A stretch of DNA of 63,605 nucleotides, counting the filler, from Octopus bimaculoides (lineage: Eukaryota), in the NCBI RefSeq assembly GCF_001194135.2. It is 7 parts of 7 records of this genome, joined end to end, with 100 filler letters (N's around TTAATTAATTAA, not from the genome) between each part and the next. Parts side by side here need not be neighbours in the genome. Positions count along the whole stretch, not along the records: positions 5,801 to 27,095 come from NC_068983.1; positions 27,196 to 43,974 come from NC_068984.1; 5 more parts are not named here. One strand, given 5' to 3'. The position numbers and the translations under genes are program-made. Positions within the stretch are counted from its first letter, which is position 1. The number at the start of each line of letters is the position of its first letter. A model generated the notes under the pieces. The model had not been told where the DNA came from. It did no database searches and saw only the letters and a program-made list of their open reading frames with translations. Below are positions 26,459 to 38,198 of the stretch, piece after piece.

Positions 26459-28600
26459 TTATTTATATATTTACCTTTACAGATCTAGATGTAATACATG
26501 CACATGACTACTGTTAGCGCAACTTTGGGTTGTGTTTACGAGACAAAAAACGTAAAGTTGTACTGGAAATTGTCCATATTTCATAGATTATATACTTTAA
26601 ACTGTAGAATTCGAGCATAAAATTCATTTCATAGGGTTGATATTATAAAATACGACAACCGATTAATTTCCACAATTTCAAATCGGGCATGTATATTTGA
26701 ATGTCATACATACATTACACATACGTGCGTTTTGTTTTGTTTAGACACCTGTATATATATAGATGTATATTCATATACATAGATATTGTTATATATATCC
26801 ATAGATATATAAATACTTAAGCATATATTGATATATATGTACATATATGTATACAAACACATATTAGGATAGTACAGTTTTCACGAAGCTTTATCTGAAA
26901 TGTTTTAAATATTGTGATTCAAGTCGAAAGCATGCTAGTTATAAGAAAAAAAAAATTAATAATGCAGGTCAATGGCTAGTATTATCACTTGCCATTTCAA
27001 TATTTCAGAAAATGAACAGAGAAAAGGTGTTAAGGTCTGGCCACCTGACTCTCCTGCTCAGTAGCGTATGTGTAGAGGAACGTATATACAAATACNNNNN
27101 NNNNNNNNNNNNNNNNNNNNNNNNNNNNNNNNNNNNNNNTTAATTAATTAANNNNNNNNNNNNNNNNNNNNNNNNNNNNNNNNNNNNNNNNNNNNTATAT
27201 ATATATATATATATATATATGTTTGTATGTATGTTTACGGAAAATAAATAAATATATCTCATCAAATTATGCATTTATGTCTCAATACAATATATCACCC
27301 TAGTTCAATGGGTAGAATATAACAAGAGGGTATTTTCATTAGGGAAATTTATAAATTTATCGACATCTATTTCTATTCACTCTCTCTTTCTCTCTCACTC
27401 CCTATCTCTCTCTCCCTCTCTCTGCTTCTAACAGGACGTGCACTCACAGGACCTCAAAGTCTGTGCACACATACACGCATATAGATATATGTCTGTGAAT
27501 TCGTGCGTGCATGATGAGTGCATGTGTGATATATGTTACTGTTCGCGTACATACACGCTTGCACGTGTGTGCGTGTCTGAATTTGTTTGTTTGTGTGTGT
27601 GTTTGCGTGTGTGTTTGTGTGTGTATGTGTGTGTGTTTGTGTGTGTTTGTGTGTTTGTGTGTATGTGTGTGTGTTTGTGTGTGCGTTTATGTGTGTGTGT
27701 TTGTGCGTGTTTGTGAGTGCGTGCNNNNNNNNNNNNNNNNNNNNNNNNNNNNNNNNNNNNNNNNNNNNNNNNNNNNNNNNNNNNNNNNNNNNNNNNNNNN
27801 NNNNNNNNNNNNNNNNNNNNNNNNNNNNNNNNNNNNNNNNNNNNNNNNNNNNNNNNNNNNNNNNNNNNNNNNNNNNNNNNNNNNNNNNNNNNNNNNNNNN
27901 NNNNNNNNNNNNNNNNNNNNNNNNNNNNNNNNNNNNNNNNNNNNNNNNNNNNNNNNNNNNNNNNNNNNNNNNNNNNNNNNNNNNNNNNNNNNNNNNNNNN
28001 NNNNNNNNNNNNNNNNNNNNNNNNNNNNNNNNNNNNNNNNNNNNNNNNNNNNNNNNNNNNNNNNNNNNNNNNNNNNNNNNNNNNNNNNNNNNNNNNNNNN
28101 NNNNNNNNNNNNNNNNNNNNNNNNNNNNNNNTGTGTGTGTGTGTGTGCGTGCGTGCGTGTGTGTGTGTGCGTGTGTAGAAAAATGCTTATGATTCAATAA
28201 ATAAGTTCGAAAAAGAAAATGGTTGTGTTTAAGTAGTGAACGTTATAAGCGTATTAAAATATGAATTTTCTCTGATATATATCGTCAGTGCATCTCTTCT
28301 ATAAGTAAACAGAAATTAAATGCTCTCAGAATGAAAATTCCATCAGCCGTTAATTTCTTGGTTGCGCTCTCTTTAAATATCACACAAATGTAAGAATTGC
28401 AAGCTAATCTTTTTAAACATCTCATCCTTCTTCATTTAATGGCCGAGTTTTCAGACATTTAATTTTCTTTCAATTTTTGGGGTTACTCCATCGTGTGGTT
28501 CTTAGTCTTTTCTGCTAACCTTTCAATGATATCTCTCTGAGCTCTGTAGCGGATATTCTGTTTATATGTCTGAAATTTATTCTCAGAAAATTATTACCAA

Positions 28601-28787
28601 TATTATTATTATTATTATTATTATTGTTCAGTAGTTTTATTTTTATAACGTGCTTTCACTTCACTACCGAGCGCAGCTCTGTGTGCCTTGGGTATGTGCT
28701 GTGGTTTGCTGTGATGCTGTAATGGTTACTGTATTAAAAGAGTTTTGCGTAGGATGTGTGCAGTGCCCAGTAGTGCAATTTTCTGTA

Positions 28788-28790
<3 letters not shown>
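28601..28790 (-). mobile_element. Very short 5'-truncated subfamily A RLE element with (AAT)n tail
   Basis: Near-identical to 6478-6660 in reverse (QKIALLGTAHILRKTLLIQ* plus 3' UTR). (TTA)n on both sides on the + strand. Confidence 0.9.
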
Positions 28791-28827
<37 letters not shown>

Positions 28828-28910
28828 TCAATTTTGGTTCTGTTTCTTGCCGAGTGTCTTCCCGACATCTAGGGCAAACACTCTCACTGTATACATTGGC
28901 CGGCCATTAA
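28791..28910 (-). mobile_element. 3' UTR plus (AAT)n tail of another retroposon, probably belonging to 29120-29965
   Basis: Minus strand ...gatgtcgggaagacactcggcaagaaacagaaccaaaattgaaataataat. The link to the 29120-29965 copy is inferred from position and orientation. Confidence 0.45.
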
Positions 28911-28949
28911 AATAAACACATCAGGTTCATCATTTAGAAAGTCAAGTTA

Positions 28950-28998
<49 letters not shown>

Positions 28999-29119
28999 GA
29001 GAAACGAGAAAAAGGAAAGAAAGAATAAAGGGCAAAAGGTAAAAATAGAAAACACATACACAAAAAGAAAAAAAATGAAGAAAGAAGACAAAGAAAAAAA
29101 AGGGAAAACAAGGAAAGAA

Positions 29120-29965
29120 ATTTCACAGCGTTAATGCTCTTCTCAATACGTGCAACGTACCAGTTAAGACAATCTTTTGCGTTTCTTGCTTGCATGGTGA
29201 GCAAAGCATCATACTCAAATAATTTTCAGTTCCTTGAATGATCATTCCAAGTGCTCCTACAGTCACTGGTATTGTAACCATGTTGAGAAACCACATTCTT
29301 TCGATTTCAATGGGCAACTCTTTATATTTTCTGAGCTTGTCAAATTCTGATATTATGATCACGAGGAATGCTCGTGTCAATCAATAAACTGACTTTATTG
29401 TTTTGGTCTTTCTCAACAACATCTGGCCTATTAGCTTTGATGGTTCTGTCTGTATGCACTGGAAAGTCCCAAAGAATCGTTACATTTTTCTCCATCAGTT
29501 ACAGCCTCAGGGTAGTGCTTCAATCATTTGTCAGCTGCGTTGATTTTATAATGCTGACATATTAACCAGTGTAGATATGGACCAACTCTGTCATATCTTG
29601 ATTTATACTCTATAGGTGCAAAAACTTTAGAGTCAGAGATTAGGTGTTTCAATCTCATCGTTGCGGTATCGGCACTTTGGGGTATACTCCATTTTTCATC
29701 ATAGTGACTTAGTAGTTCCGGGTTAGTAGGCTCTTGTCTTGAGCAGCTAAGATGAAGCATTCGTTCTCTACTTTAGCTCTGAGCTTCGTAGAAAATTGAT
29801 GATTGTGCTTCTGATCTACATCAGCGTTTTTGGAACGGCCACATATTTGCCATGCAGAGGTTTTTGCTCCCACATATCAGCCAATTGTATATACAGTTTT
29901 TTTTCTTAGCTATTGATATGACTTTCTTTGCAACAACAGTTGCTGCACTTCCATCGTGCTTTTCA
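29120..29965 (-). mobile_element. R4/Dong-like RLE retrotransposon fragment (third subfamily)
   Basis: WEQKPLHGKY...FILAAQDKSLLTRNY, RYDRVGPYLHW, and RLE C-terminus KLRKYKELPIEIERMW...IPVTVGALG...QKIVLTGTLHVLRRAL*. Confidence 0.8.
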
Positions 29966-29971
29966 ATAATG

Positions 29972-30031
<60 letters not shown>
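29966..30031. repeat. (TAA)n microsatellite between two head-to-head RLE fragments
   Basis: Directly visible. Confidence 0.95.
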
Positions 30032-30034
<3 letters not shown>

Positions 30035-31075
30035 TTTGTGGATAGAATCGAGAAACCGAAAATTCGTGGACAGAATGGTGGAACCGTATGGCATATTATC
30101 AGAAAATGTACGTCACTAGCCCAGAAAGAATATAAGAGACGTCACGACAATATAGCAACGATTGTCCATTGGACACTTTGCAACAAGTATGGACTTGACA
30201 GAGAAAATTAAGTGGTGCGAACATAAACCAGAAGACATCATAGACAATGATAATTGGACACTATGCAACAAGTATGGACTTGACAGAGCAAAAAAGTGGT
30301 CAGAACATAAACCCGAAAGCATCATCGAAAATGGTAATGCAAAATCCTATGGGATTCTATGATTCAGTGCGACCATGAGATAGAGAATAGGAAACCAAAC
30401 ATAGTGTTAATTCTTTTCTACACTCGGCACATGGCTCGAAAATTTGGAGAGGAGGTCAGTCGATTAGATCGACCACNNNNNNNNNNNNNNNNNNNNNNNN
30501 NNNNNNNNNNNNNNNNNNNNNNNNNNNNNNNNNNNNNNNNNNNNNNNNNNNNNNNNNNNNNNNNNNNNNNNNNNNNNNNNNNNNNNNNNNNNNNNNNNNN
30601 NNNNNNNNNNNNNNNNNNNNNNNNNNNNNNNNNNNNNNNNNNNNNNNTGCAACAAGTATGGACTTGACAGAGCAAAAAAGTGGTCAGAACATAAACCCGA
30701 AAGCATCATCGAAAATGGTAATGCAAAATCCTATGGGATTCTATGATTCAGTGCGACCATGAGATAGAGAATAGGAAACCAAACATAGTGTTAATTGAGA
30801 AAGAAGGCAAACGATGCTGGATCATAGATATAGCATGTCCAGATGACAACATGTTATGCGATATGGAAGAAAGAGAAGTCGATAGATTTGACAGGTTAGC
30901 TTGGGAGGTTAAGAAGTTGTGGTCGCTGAAAAAGGTGGTAGTAATACCAATAATTGTCGGAGCCCTGGGAACAGTGAGTAAAAATCTCGAGAAGTACATG
31001 GAACAAGTAGGAGCTGGAAAAAGGGTGGAGCACTTGCAGAAAACAGCACTGCTTGGAACCACTCGAATGCTCTGA
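30032..31075 (+). mobile_element. R4/Dong-like RLE retrotransposon fragment (fourth subfamily), mosaic and gapped
   Basis: TVWHIIRKCTSLAQKEYKRRHDNIATIVHW and RKPNIVLIEK...IIDIACP...IPIIVGALG...LQKTALLGT. It starts directly after the (TAA)n tract. Confidence 0.85.
30413..30476 (-). mobile_element. 3' end of an S2-type SINE, cut by a gap
   Basis: ctttctac...ggcaca.ggc.cgaaa.tttgg.gagg...gtcgatta is homologous to 50208-50260 and 53685-53738. Confidence 0.6.
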
Positions 31076-31303
31076 TGCAGATGGAATCAACATGAAGAAA
31101 ACGGCAAAAAGAGAGTACCAGGGCAAGTGAGAAAAATATTGGCTGCAAAGCCGAATGCCAGAAACATAATCTCGGCAATAAACTCGCGCGAAGTCGCAGC
31201 AGTTCGGTATGGTGCTGGAATTCTGAAGTGGACAGAGGAAGAGCTAAAGGAGATATACAGGAAGTCAAGAAAGCTCCCAACGATGCATGGAGCCCATCAT
31301 CCA
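31074..31303 (+). mobile_element. Post-RT (thumb) fragment of an RLE retrotransposon, out of normal order
   Basis: VRKILAAKPNARNIISAINSREVAAVRYGAGILKWTEEELKEIYRKSRKLPTMHGAHHP. In R4/Dong ORFs this lies upstream of the CCHC and RLE domains. Confidence 0.75.
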
Positions 31304-32479
31304 TGACCCTACCGAGATAACAAAACCTAAGATAGCCTGCAGTAAGTTTTAGATAATTGGGATGCGATCGTCAAATTGCTGGAAAATTTTTCTTGCTAAC
31401 ACGGCACAAGTGATTTTCCCTTTTCCCATCTATTCGGAAAATTTAAATGATTATGACATGAGGTAAACACCTTAGTGAAATTTCATAGCTGCACGTATTG
31501 AATTTCTTTAGAATATTCTTCGTAGTTACTTAGAAACGGTCTGTCAAGAAGCATTTTACAATTTGCTAGTTTGATGTCATATCTAAGTTTGATAATTAAA
31601 CATTCGGAAAAAAATGTTGATGTTATTTTTGTTACTGCATTTAGCATTTTCACCTAATCAATTAAGTCAATTATAAGAATACCGTCATTAAGGTTATTTC
31701 TTCCATAGTTTTATACAGTATCTACGATATTTCAGAAATTGTCTTGACAGGGATCTTGTTTCTACTTAATGAATGGTTCAATATAATTGAGTATATTTTA
31801 TGCATTGGATTGTTTTCTATAACCCATTTCCCTACTTCAATTCTTAATTTAAATGAATTCCTATACCGTAATCTGAAGTAATCTTCTCGAGGTTCATTTC
31901 TATAGTTTCTGCTAAATCTTTACATATCTCTCCTTAATTTTTAAATCAGTAACACAATGATCTATTACACAATGTCAGTCTAATTTCCATTAGTTGAATA
32001 CGTAATAAAATGACTGTTTTGCTGTGAACAATACTTGTGCACGAGTAAATATCCACAAACCAACAGATAAGCATAAGGAATTCGTCGTAATTAAATTAAT
32101 TTCTTTTAAATTAAGAAATGGGATATAGAACACAATCTAATACATAAAATATGTTCAATTATATTGAGCCATTCATTAAGTAGAAAGAGGATTATTTCAA
32201 GTTAGTTTCTAAAATATCGTAGATATTGTACTAAAATATGGTAAAAGGAACTTTAATGGTTGTATCCTTAAAACTGAATTAATGGAACCTCTCGTGCAAG
32301 TCAACTCGCCTCTAGATGATTATAGATGGACATCCCGGGCTATAGATAGATGGAAATGCGTAATACTCGGAGCCCCTGTTTACAGCCTGGTTGCCTGGTC
32401 ATCAAAGGCTAGATGGAATCGAACCGAATATCATCTCAATCGCTAGAGCAAGACTTTGCCATCTGTATTTTTACTTTAA

Positions 32480-32825
32480 TGGGTTCTCCGTTTGTCTGAC
32501 GATGAGTATTCTGTGGTACGATCATCAGAAAATCTGATTCAGTAAATTAATGTGTAAGCGAGTGAGTATTCCACAGATATGTGTACTATGGCCTCAACTG
32601 TTAGGTATAATCAGAGTGACGAAAGTGTGACCAGCCTGGACCCTTATATTTCAGGTAAAATCCAATGGGCTCCTAGACAGTTGTCCATCTCCCAACAGTT
32701 TCCCTTATAGAATATGCAGAGATCTGAGGCTATGTTAAAATAACTCACCCGAGATAGCACGCTTTAGGATTGAAACCGAGACCTCATAATTCTGAATCGA
32801 GTGAACCACATCCTGGCCATGCCTG
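32480..32825 (-). mobile_element. Old degenerate SINE related to the S3/CORE types
   Basis: gtgcaag/gcgagtgagtattccacagatatgtgtac and aagtgtgaccagcc are similar to 32925-33010. tRNA-like end near 32760-32825. Confidence 0.45.
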
Positions 32826-32842
32826 TATCTACAAAATTATTT

Positions 32843-33547
32843 GTTGTTGTTGGCACTCCGTCGCTTACGACGTCGAGGGTTCCAGTTGATCCGATCAACG
32901 GGACAGCCTGCTCGTGAAATTAACGTGCAAGTGGCTGAGCACTCCACAGACACGTGTACCCTTAACGTAGTTCACGGGGAGATTCAGCGTGACACAGTGT
33001 GACAAGGCTGACCCTTTGAATTACGGGCACAACAGAAACAGGATGTAAGAGTGAGAGAAAGTTGTGGTGGAAGAGTACAGCAGGGTTCGCCACCATCCCC
33101 TGCCGGAGCCTCGTGGAGCTTTAGGTGTTTTCGCTCAATAAACACTCACAACGCCCGGTCTGGGAATGGAAACCGCGATCCTATGANNNNNNNNNNTTCC
33201 AGTTGATCCGATCAACGGGACAGCCTGCTCGTGAAATTAACGTGCAAGTGGCTGAGCACTCCACAGACACGTGTACCCTTAACGTAGTTCACGGGGAGAT
33301 TCAGCGTGACACAGTGTGACAAGGCTGACCCTTTGAATTACGGGCACAACAGAAACAGGATGTAAGAGTGAGAGAAAGTTGTGGTGGAAGAGTACAGCAG
33401 GGTTCGCCACCATCCCCTGCCGGAGCCTCGTGGAGCTTTAGGTGTTTTCGCTCAATAAACACTCACAACGCCCGGTCTGGGAATGGAAACCGCGATCCTA
33501 TGACCGCGAGTCCGCTGCCCCTAACCACTGGGCCATTGCGCCTCCAC
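32843..33547 (-). mobile_element. tRNA-derived SINE family S3 with target-site duplication (assembled with an internal duplicate)
   Basis: Head gtggaggcgcaatggcccagtggttagg (A box), ggtttccattcc (B-box-like), (AAC)n tail. TSD acaaa[a/c]ttattt at 32831-32842 and 33548-33559. Confidence 0.9.
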
Positions 33548-35049
33548 ACAAACTTATTTATACAATGTAAATTAATGTAAAACTAAAATTTACTTGAAGC
33601 TCTGAAGAATAGTATTTAGCAAAGAATACCGATAATATTGTTAATCAGTGAGAAATGAAATTCAAATTTTGATCCCACATATGTAAATACATAAATACAG
33701 CAAGACTAGGATTCATAACTGCTTTTGTGCTTTATTCAATTTGTTCCTCAATGTAATTATATATTATTTCGACGCAGTTTATGTATCGTGTTAATATGGA
33801 TTCTTATTATATATTCTTATGCTATTTCCTCAATAATTGATTAAACTTCTCTTAAATACAATCTTGTCATTCGAAATTGTCATCTAAATAAAATATTGTA
33901 TTAGAAACCTGTGAGGAAACTTCTTACATTGAAGACAGCTCCAAAAGAAACCAGTTGTTAGTTCTTATTTATTATGTATCTCATTCCTATGGCACGGTAA
34001 GTGTTCCTGGCTTATTTTCACGTGCATTTTATATTAGCTATTACAGAAGTAAGCCTTAAGTGCGTATATATATATATATATNNNNNNNNNNNNNNNNNNN
34101 NNNNNNNNNNNNNNNNNNNNNNNNNNNNNNNNNNNNNNNNNNNNNNNNNNNNNNNNNNNNNNNNNNNNNNNNNNNNNNNNNNNNNNNNNNNNNNNNNNNN
34201 NNNNNNNNNNNNNNNNNNNNNNNNNNNNNNNNNNNNNNNNNNNNNNNNNNNNNNNNNNNNNNNNNNNNNNNNNNNNNNNNNNNNNNNNNNNNNNNNNNNN
34301 NNNNNNNNNNNNNNNNNNNNNNNNNNNNNNNNNNNNNNNNNNNNNNNNNNNNNNNNNNNNNNNNNNNNNNNNNNNNNNNNNNNNNNNNNNNNNNNNNNNN
34401 NNNNNNATATGTCTGTGAGTTTGTCTGTCTGAAGGTATGTATGTATGTATGTATATTTATGATTTTGCTCATGAAAAGGAGAGCATTATATTGATAAGAT
34501 ATAAAACATGAAGCGCTAAATGGCGGCCACATTTCCTTTTCTGAACTCTTTTCTGGTTTTGGTGGATAAATGAGTTGTATATTGTAGCCATAAACTTTCC
34601 ATTCTGAATACAGCTTATTAATACTAATATTCATTTCTAACATACTACAACATAAATTTAGAGAGGAGCGAGGGAGAAGAGTTATAATGTGAGTACGAGT
34701 TTTCTTGACCCTGGGAAATTTATGAGCAAAGTTGTTCCTGAGGGGATAGGAACATAGCAGATAAATGATTTTCTCCTGTACTTTGCTCCGTCATAACCAT
34801 GATAGTAGCATATTACGATAGTCACGTTGCGTTCCATTCTGGGGGAAGTGAATTGATAGATCAAATCAACACCGTTACTTCACAATTGCTTTATTTCAAC
34901 CGACCTGAAATGAAGTAAGTCAAAGTAAAACATCAGGTGGGATATATGAACACAAAATGCAAAAATGCGTAACAAAATAGACGAAGTAAATTACTCAGAT
35001 ATTCTACCGTTTCTGATAGTCTTTTCGTAATAATATTTTGTTATTTATG

Positions 35050-35760
35050 TCCGTCGACGGAGTATAGACATAAAGTATCTTCTTTCGGTGTTTTAAACTT
35101 CCCTCTTCAACCTTGCTTTCCTTTTCAAGTGAAACTTTAAACAAGTTGATGACGGCTTGACCAAAAACGAAGAGCTGTCTTTAGCTTTCTCAGGTTCGCA
35201 TATGACACAGACACAGCCTGTTTCACTAAAGCCACCCGACAAATGAAGATTGCCAGTTCTTCCCGATCAAGGGAAGGTAGCAGAACGACCTTCATAATAG
35301 ATCAGCTGATACCCGGATCCATCCCTCACGTTACAGCAGATTTGACATAACCTCACAAGACAGCAGTGCTCGGGTGTATGGCAAGTGCGAACAGAACGGT
35401 TGCGTTGCGCTACACTCAACTCGAGCCGGCACGGTTGACAGTATTTCAACGCATGTGGAGGTTATCCTGGACTGGCAACGTTCCATGTAAGAGCGCCAGA
35501 CCTTTTAGTTTTGGAAACTATCCCTGGGCCCCGACTCAATAATCATCCAGATCTGAGCAGCCTGTTGATTTTCGTCGACATCCAGCGTCTTTCCAGGGAC
35601 ATTTTCGTTTTTGCCCGCCAGTGACCTTCTATGTTATGCCAATGTGGAATTTCGGTCAACCGTGGTACCATATAGGCAGAGGGTTATGAGCGTCTGATGA
35701 CATTATAGTTGCAGGTGTCCTTCTCCAGCGTACAATTGATTCAGAGCTGCAGCTCTGTCA
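35050..35760 (-). mobile_element. L1/Tx1-like LINE ORF2 C-terminal fragment, decayed
   Basis: LALLHGTLPVQDNL, EELAIFICRVALVKQAV and GQAVINLFKFHLKRKARLKR are homologous to the + strand copy at 35820-37013. Confidence 0.7.
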
Positions 35761-35819
35761 GAAATGAACTGTAGAAGAAGAATGAAACAAAGAGTGAACA
35801 CACACATACACTTTCAAGA

Positions 35820-37013
35820 AAGAAGCTGGAGATGTCGCAACCGTAACACATGTCTGTGCATCTTCAGCCACGGTATGTCCAATTCTCCACACAGCGTTCC
35901 GATGGTTAGGCGATCCATTTGCTGTCAACACCGGCTAAATGGAGGGCTAGCCATGCCGTGGTAGATGATGCGCAGACATGCGCTGAGACTGCGACATCTC
36001 AGGTACTTCATAGACGACAGTGAACAGGTGTGGTCGCCGTTTGTGCGGCGCGCTTTCCTGCAGCTCGTCTCAGAGACCGAGGCTAGGCGAATGGAACCTC
36101 GAGTGCCGCCTTGTTCGCAAGCAACTCTGCTGTTCGGGACAAAACTTGTGCGACTTCAATTCCACAAAGGCGTTCTATAGGGACCTATGGACAATCACCA
36201 GACATTCCTGGCTTTGCACTGCTATCGAGAAGTATTACCCGTTCGAGATAAGCTCTACAGGCACGGTTTGAGATACACCGGACCGACTTGCTTGAGATGC
36301 GACGAAACCGTTCTGCACGCACTCATGCAGTGTCAAGCCACTTCGGACCTTTAGGCTTATGCCGGACGGCTGCTATCAAGTGGGGGACGAGTTTACTTGT
36401 CGGCCGAAGCTATCGGGAAAATTTCTCCGCCACCTCCCCTTAACCGGGAGGCAAGGCAATCTTCATCGTAATGGTGGCCATAGTGAAAGAATGTGTGCGG
36501 TGGACTCGAGCGAAAGTTTTAGAGACAAACACTTACCTCTCTGGCCAATCGCTCATCAACTTTTTCAAGTACCACTTGAAAAGGAAGGTGAGAATACAGA
36601 GGAAAATTTTGTCTCGTGAATGTTTAAATAAAAGGTGGGTGAATGTAGCAAAGATGGTATATGCGAGTGACGAAACCACTTTGAGCATGATCCTGTAAAT
36701 CGAAGAGAGAGAGAGAAAGAGAGAAAGAGAAAGATAGAGAGAGCACTTCGCTCTCGTGTGTTTATTCCCTCCCTGCCTGGGGTTGCCGTGGTCTTTTCCG
36801 TAGGCTTTTCTTTCCACGGATAAACCTAATTTTGCTTTATACATTTTTAATATTTTCTGTGATACACGACCCCTTTTGATAATTTTTTTTCTCACGATCC
36901 CTTTTGATCAGTATTTTATTTTTCTCCCTTTTTTTTCTATTTTCGAAAAGAAAAGCTCTACTTTGTATTTTGTCCCCTCTGTGCTCCGCCGTGTGGCTAA
37001 TAAAGAAACTTAC
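35820..37013 (+). mobile_element. 5'-truncated L1/Tx1-like LINE (ORF2 C-terminus, 3' UTR, AATAAA)
   Basis: ICCQHRLNGGLAMP, CYREVLPVRDKL, CLRC-ETVLHALMQC zinc knuckle, AIVKECVRWTR...FFKYHLKRK. AATAAA at 36999-37004, then (CTAT)n. Confidence 0.85.

Positions 37014-37058
<45 letters not shown>
37014..37058. repeat. (CTAT)n microsatellite
   Basis: Directly visible. It abuts the Tx1-like 3' end. Confidence 0.95.
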
Positions 37059-37059
<1 letters not shown>

Positions 37060-37227
37060 CTACTTATATATATATATATATATATATCTTCTTTCGCTTA
37101 AATTTACAGTAACTATCATGTTGTGTGTGTGCACGTGCGTGTATACGTGTATATAATTGTATATATATGTACGTGTGTGTTTGTGTGCGTGTGTACATGT
37201 TTATACAAGTATATATGGGTGTATACG

Positions 37228-37745
37228 CTTGTTGTTGTTGTTGTTGTTGTTCTTCTTCTTCTTCTTCTTCTTCTTCTTCTTCTCCTCCTCCTTGTTCTCC
37301 TTTCGTTCTTCTTTCATTTCTTCCTCTCTTTCTCTTCCTTCTTCTTCTTCTTCTTCTTCTTCTTCTTCTTCTTCTTGTTCTTCTTCTTCTTCTTCTTCTT
37401 CTTCTTCTTCTTCTTCTTCTCCTCCTCCTGGTTCTCCTTTTCGTTCTTCTTTCATTTCTTCCTCTCTTCCTCTCCCTTCTTCTTCTTCTTCTCCTTCTTC
37501 TTCTCCTTCTTCTTCTCCTCCTTCGTCTTCTTCTTCTTCTTCTTCTTCTTCTTCTTCTTCTTCTTCTTCTCCTCCTCCTTGTTCTCCTTTTCGTTCTTTC
37601 ATTTCTTCCTCTCCCTTCTTCTTCTTCTTCTTCTTCTTCTTCTTCTTCTTCTTCTTCTTCTTCTTCTTCTCCTTCTCCTCCTCCTTCTCCTCCTTTTCGT
37701 TCTTCTTTCCTCTCTTCCTCTCTTCCTCTCCCTTCTCCTTCCCTA
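37228..37745. repeat. Compound (GTT)n-(CTT)n polypyrimidine array with higher-order unit
   Basis: (CTT)n blocks separated by recurrent ctcctcctcct(t/g)gttctccttt(t)cgttctt(ctt)tcatttcttcctctc at ~37282, ~37420 and ~37569, plus a partial unit at ~37680. Confidence 0.95.
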
Positions 37746-37810
37746 TCGTCTATCTTTTTCATGATTCCAAGTTTTCAGCCTCATTATTTTTCAGTCATGA
37801 ATTTATATGC

Positions 37811-37860
<50 letters not shown>

Positions 37861-38158
37861 CCATATTACACACCACACATACATATATACAAATATATAT
37901 ATGCCCACATATGTATATATATTTTGATTTATGTGCACGCGTATGTATGCATATACATATAAGTATACACATACACACACACAATACACACACACACAAT
38001 ACACATATACATATATTCAAATATATATGTCCACATATGTATGTGTATATAGAAATATAGGCATAAGTATATATACACATATATATATATATATACTTAT
38101 ACATACTTATATCCATAGACACACACAGTCACACACCGACAAAAACACACACCTATAC

Positions 38159-38198
<40 letters not shown>

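Noticed and set aside
32880-33503. Exact ~306-bp tandem duplication inside the S3 SINE
   Set aside because: The copies are identical and separated by 11 Ns, and one TSD pair bounds the whole. This fits an unmerged contig overlap.
33470-33547. tRNA-like sequence with A and B boxes (also 53590-53659)
   Set aside because: These are SINE heads within TSD-bounded retroposons. No complete cloverleaf is evident.
37064-38060. Long E/R/L/S/F-rich ORFs (232-311 aa)
   Set aside because: They are translations of (CTT)n and (CA)n repeats that are open in most frames, so there is no coding evidence.
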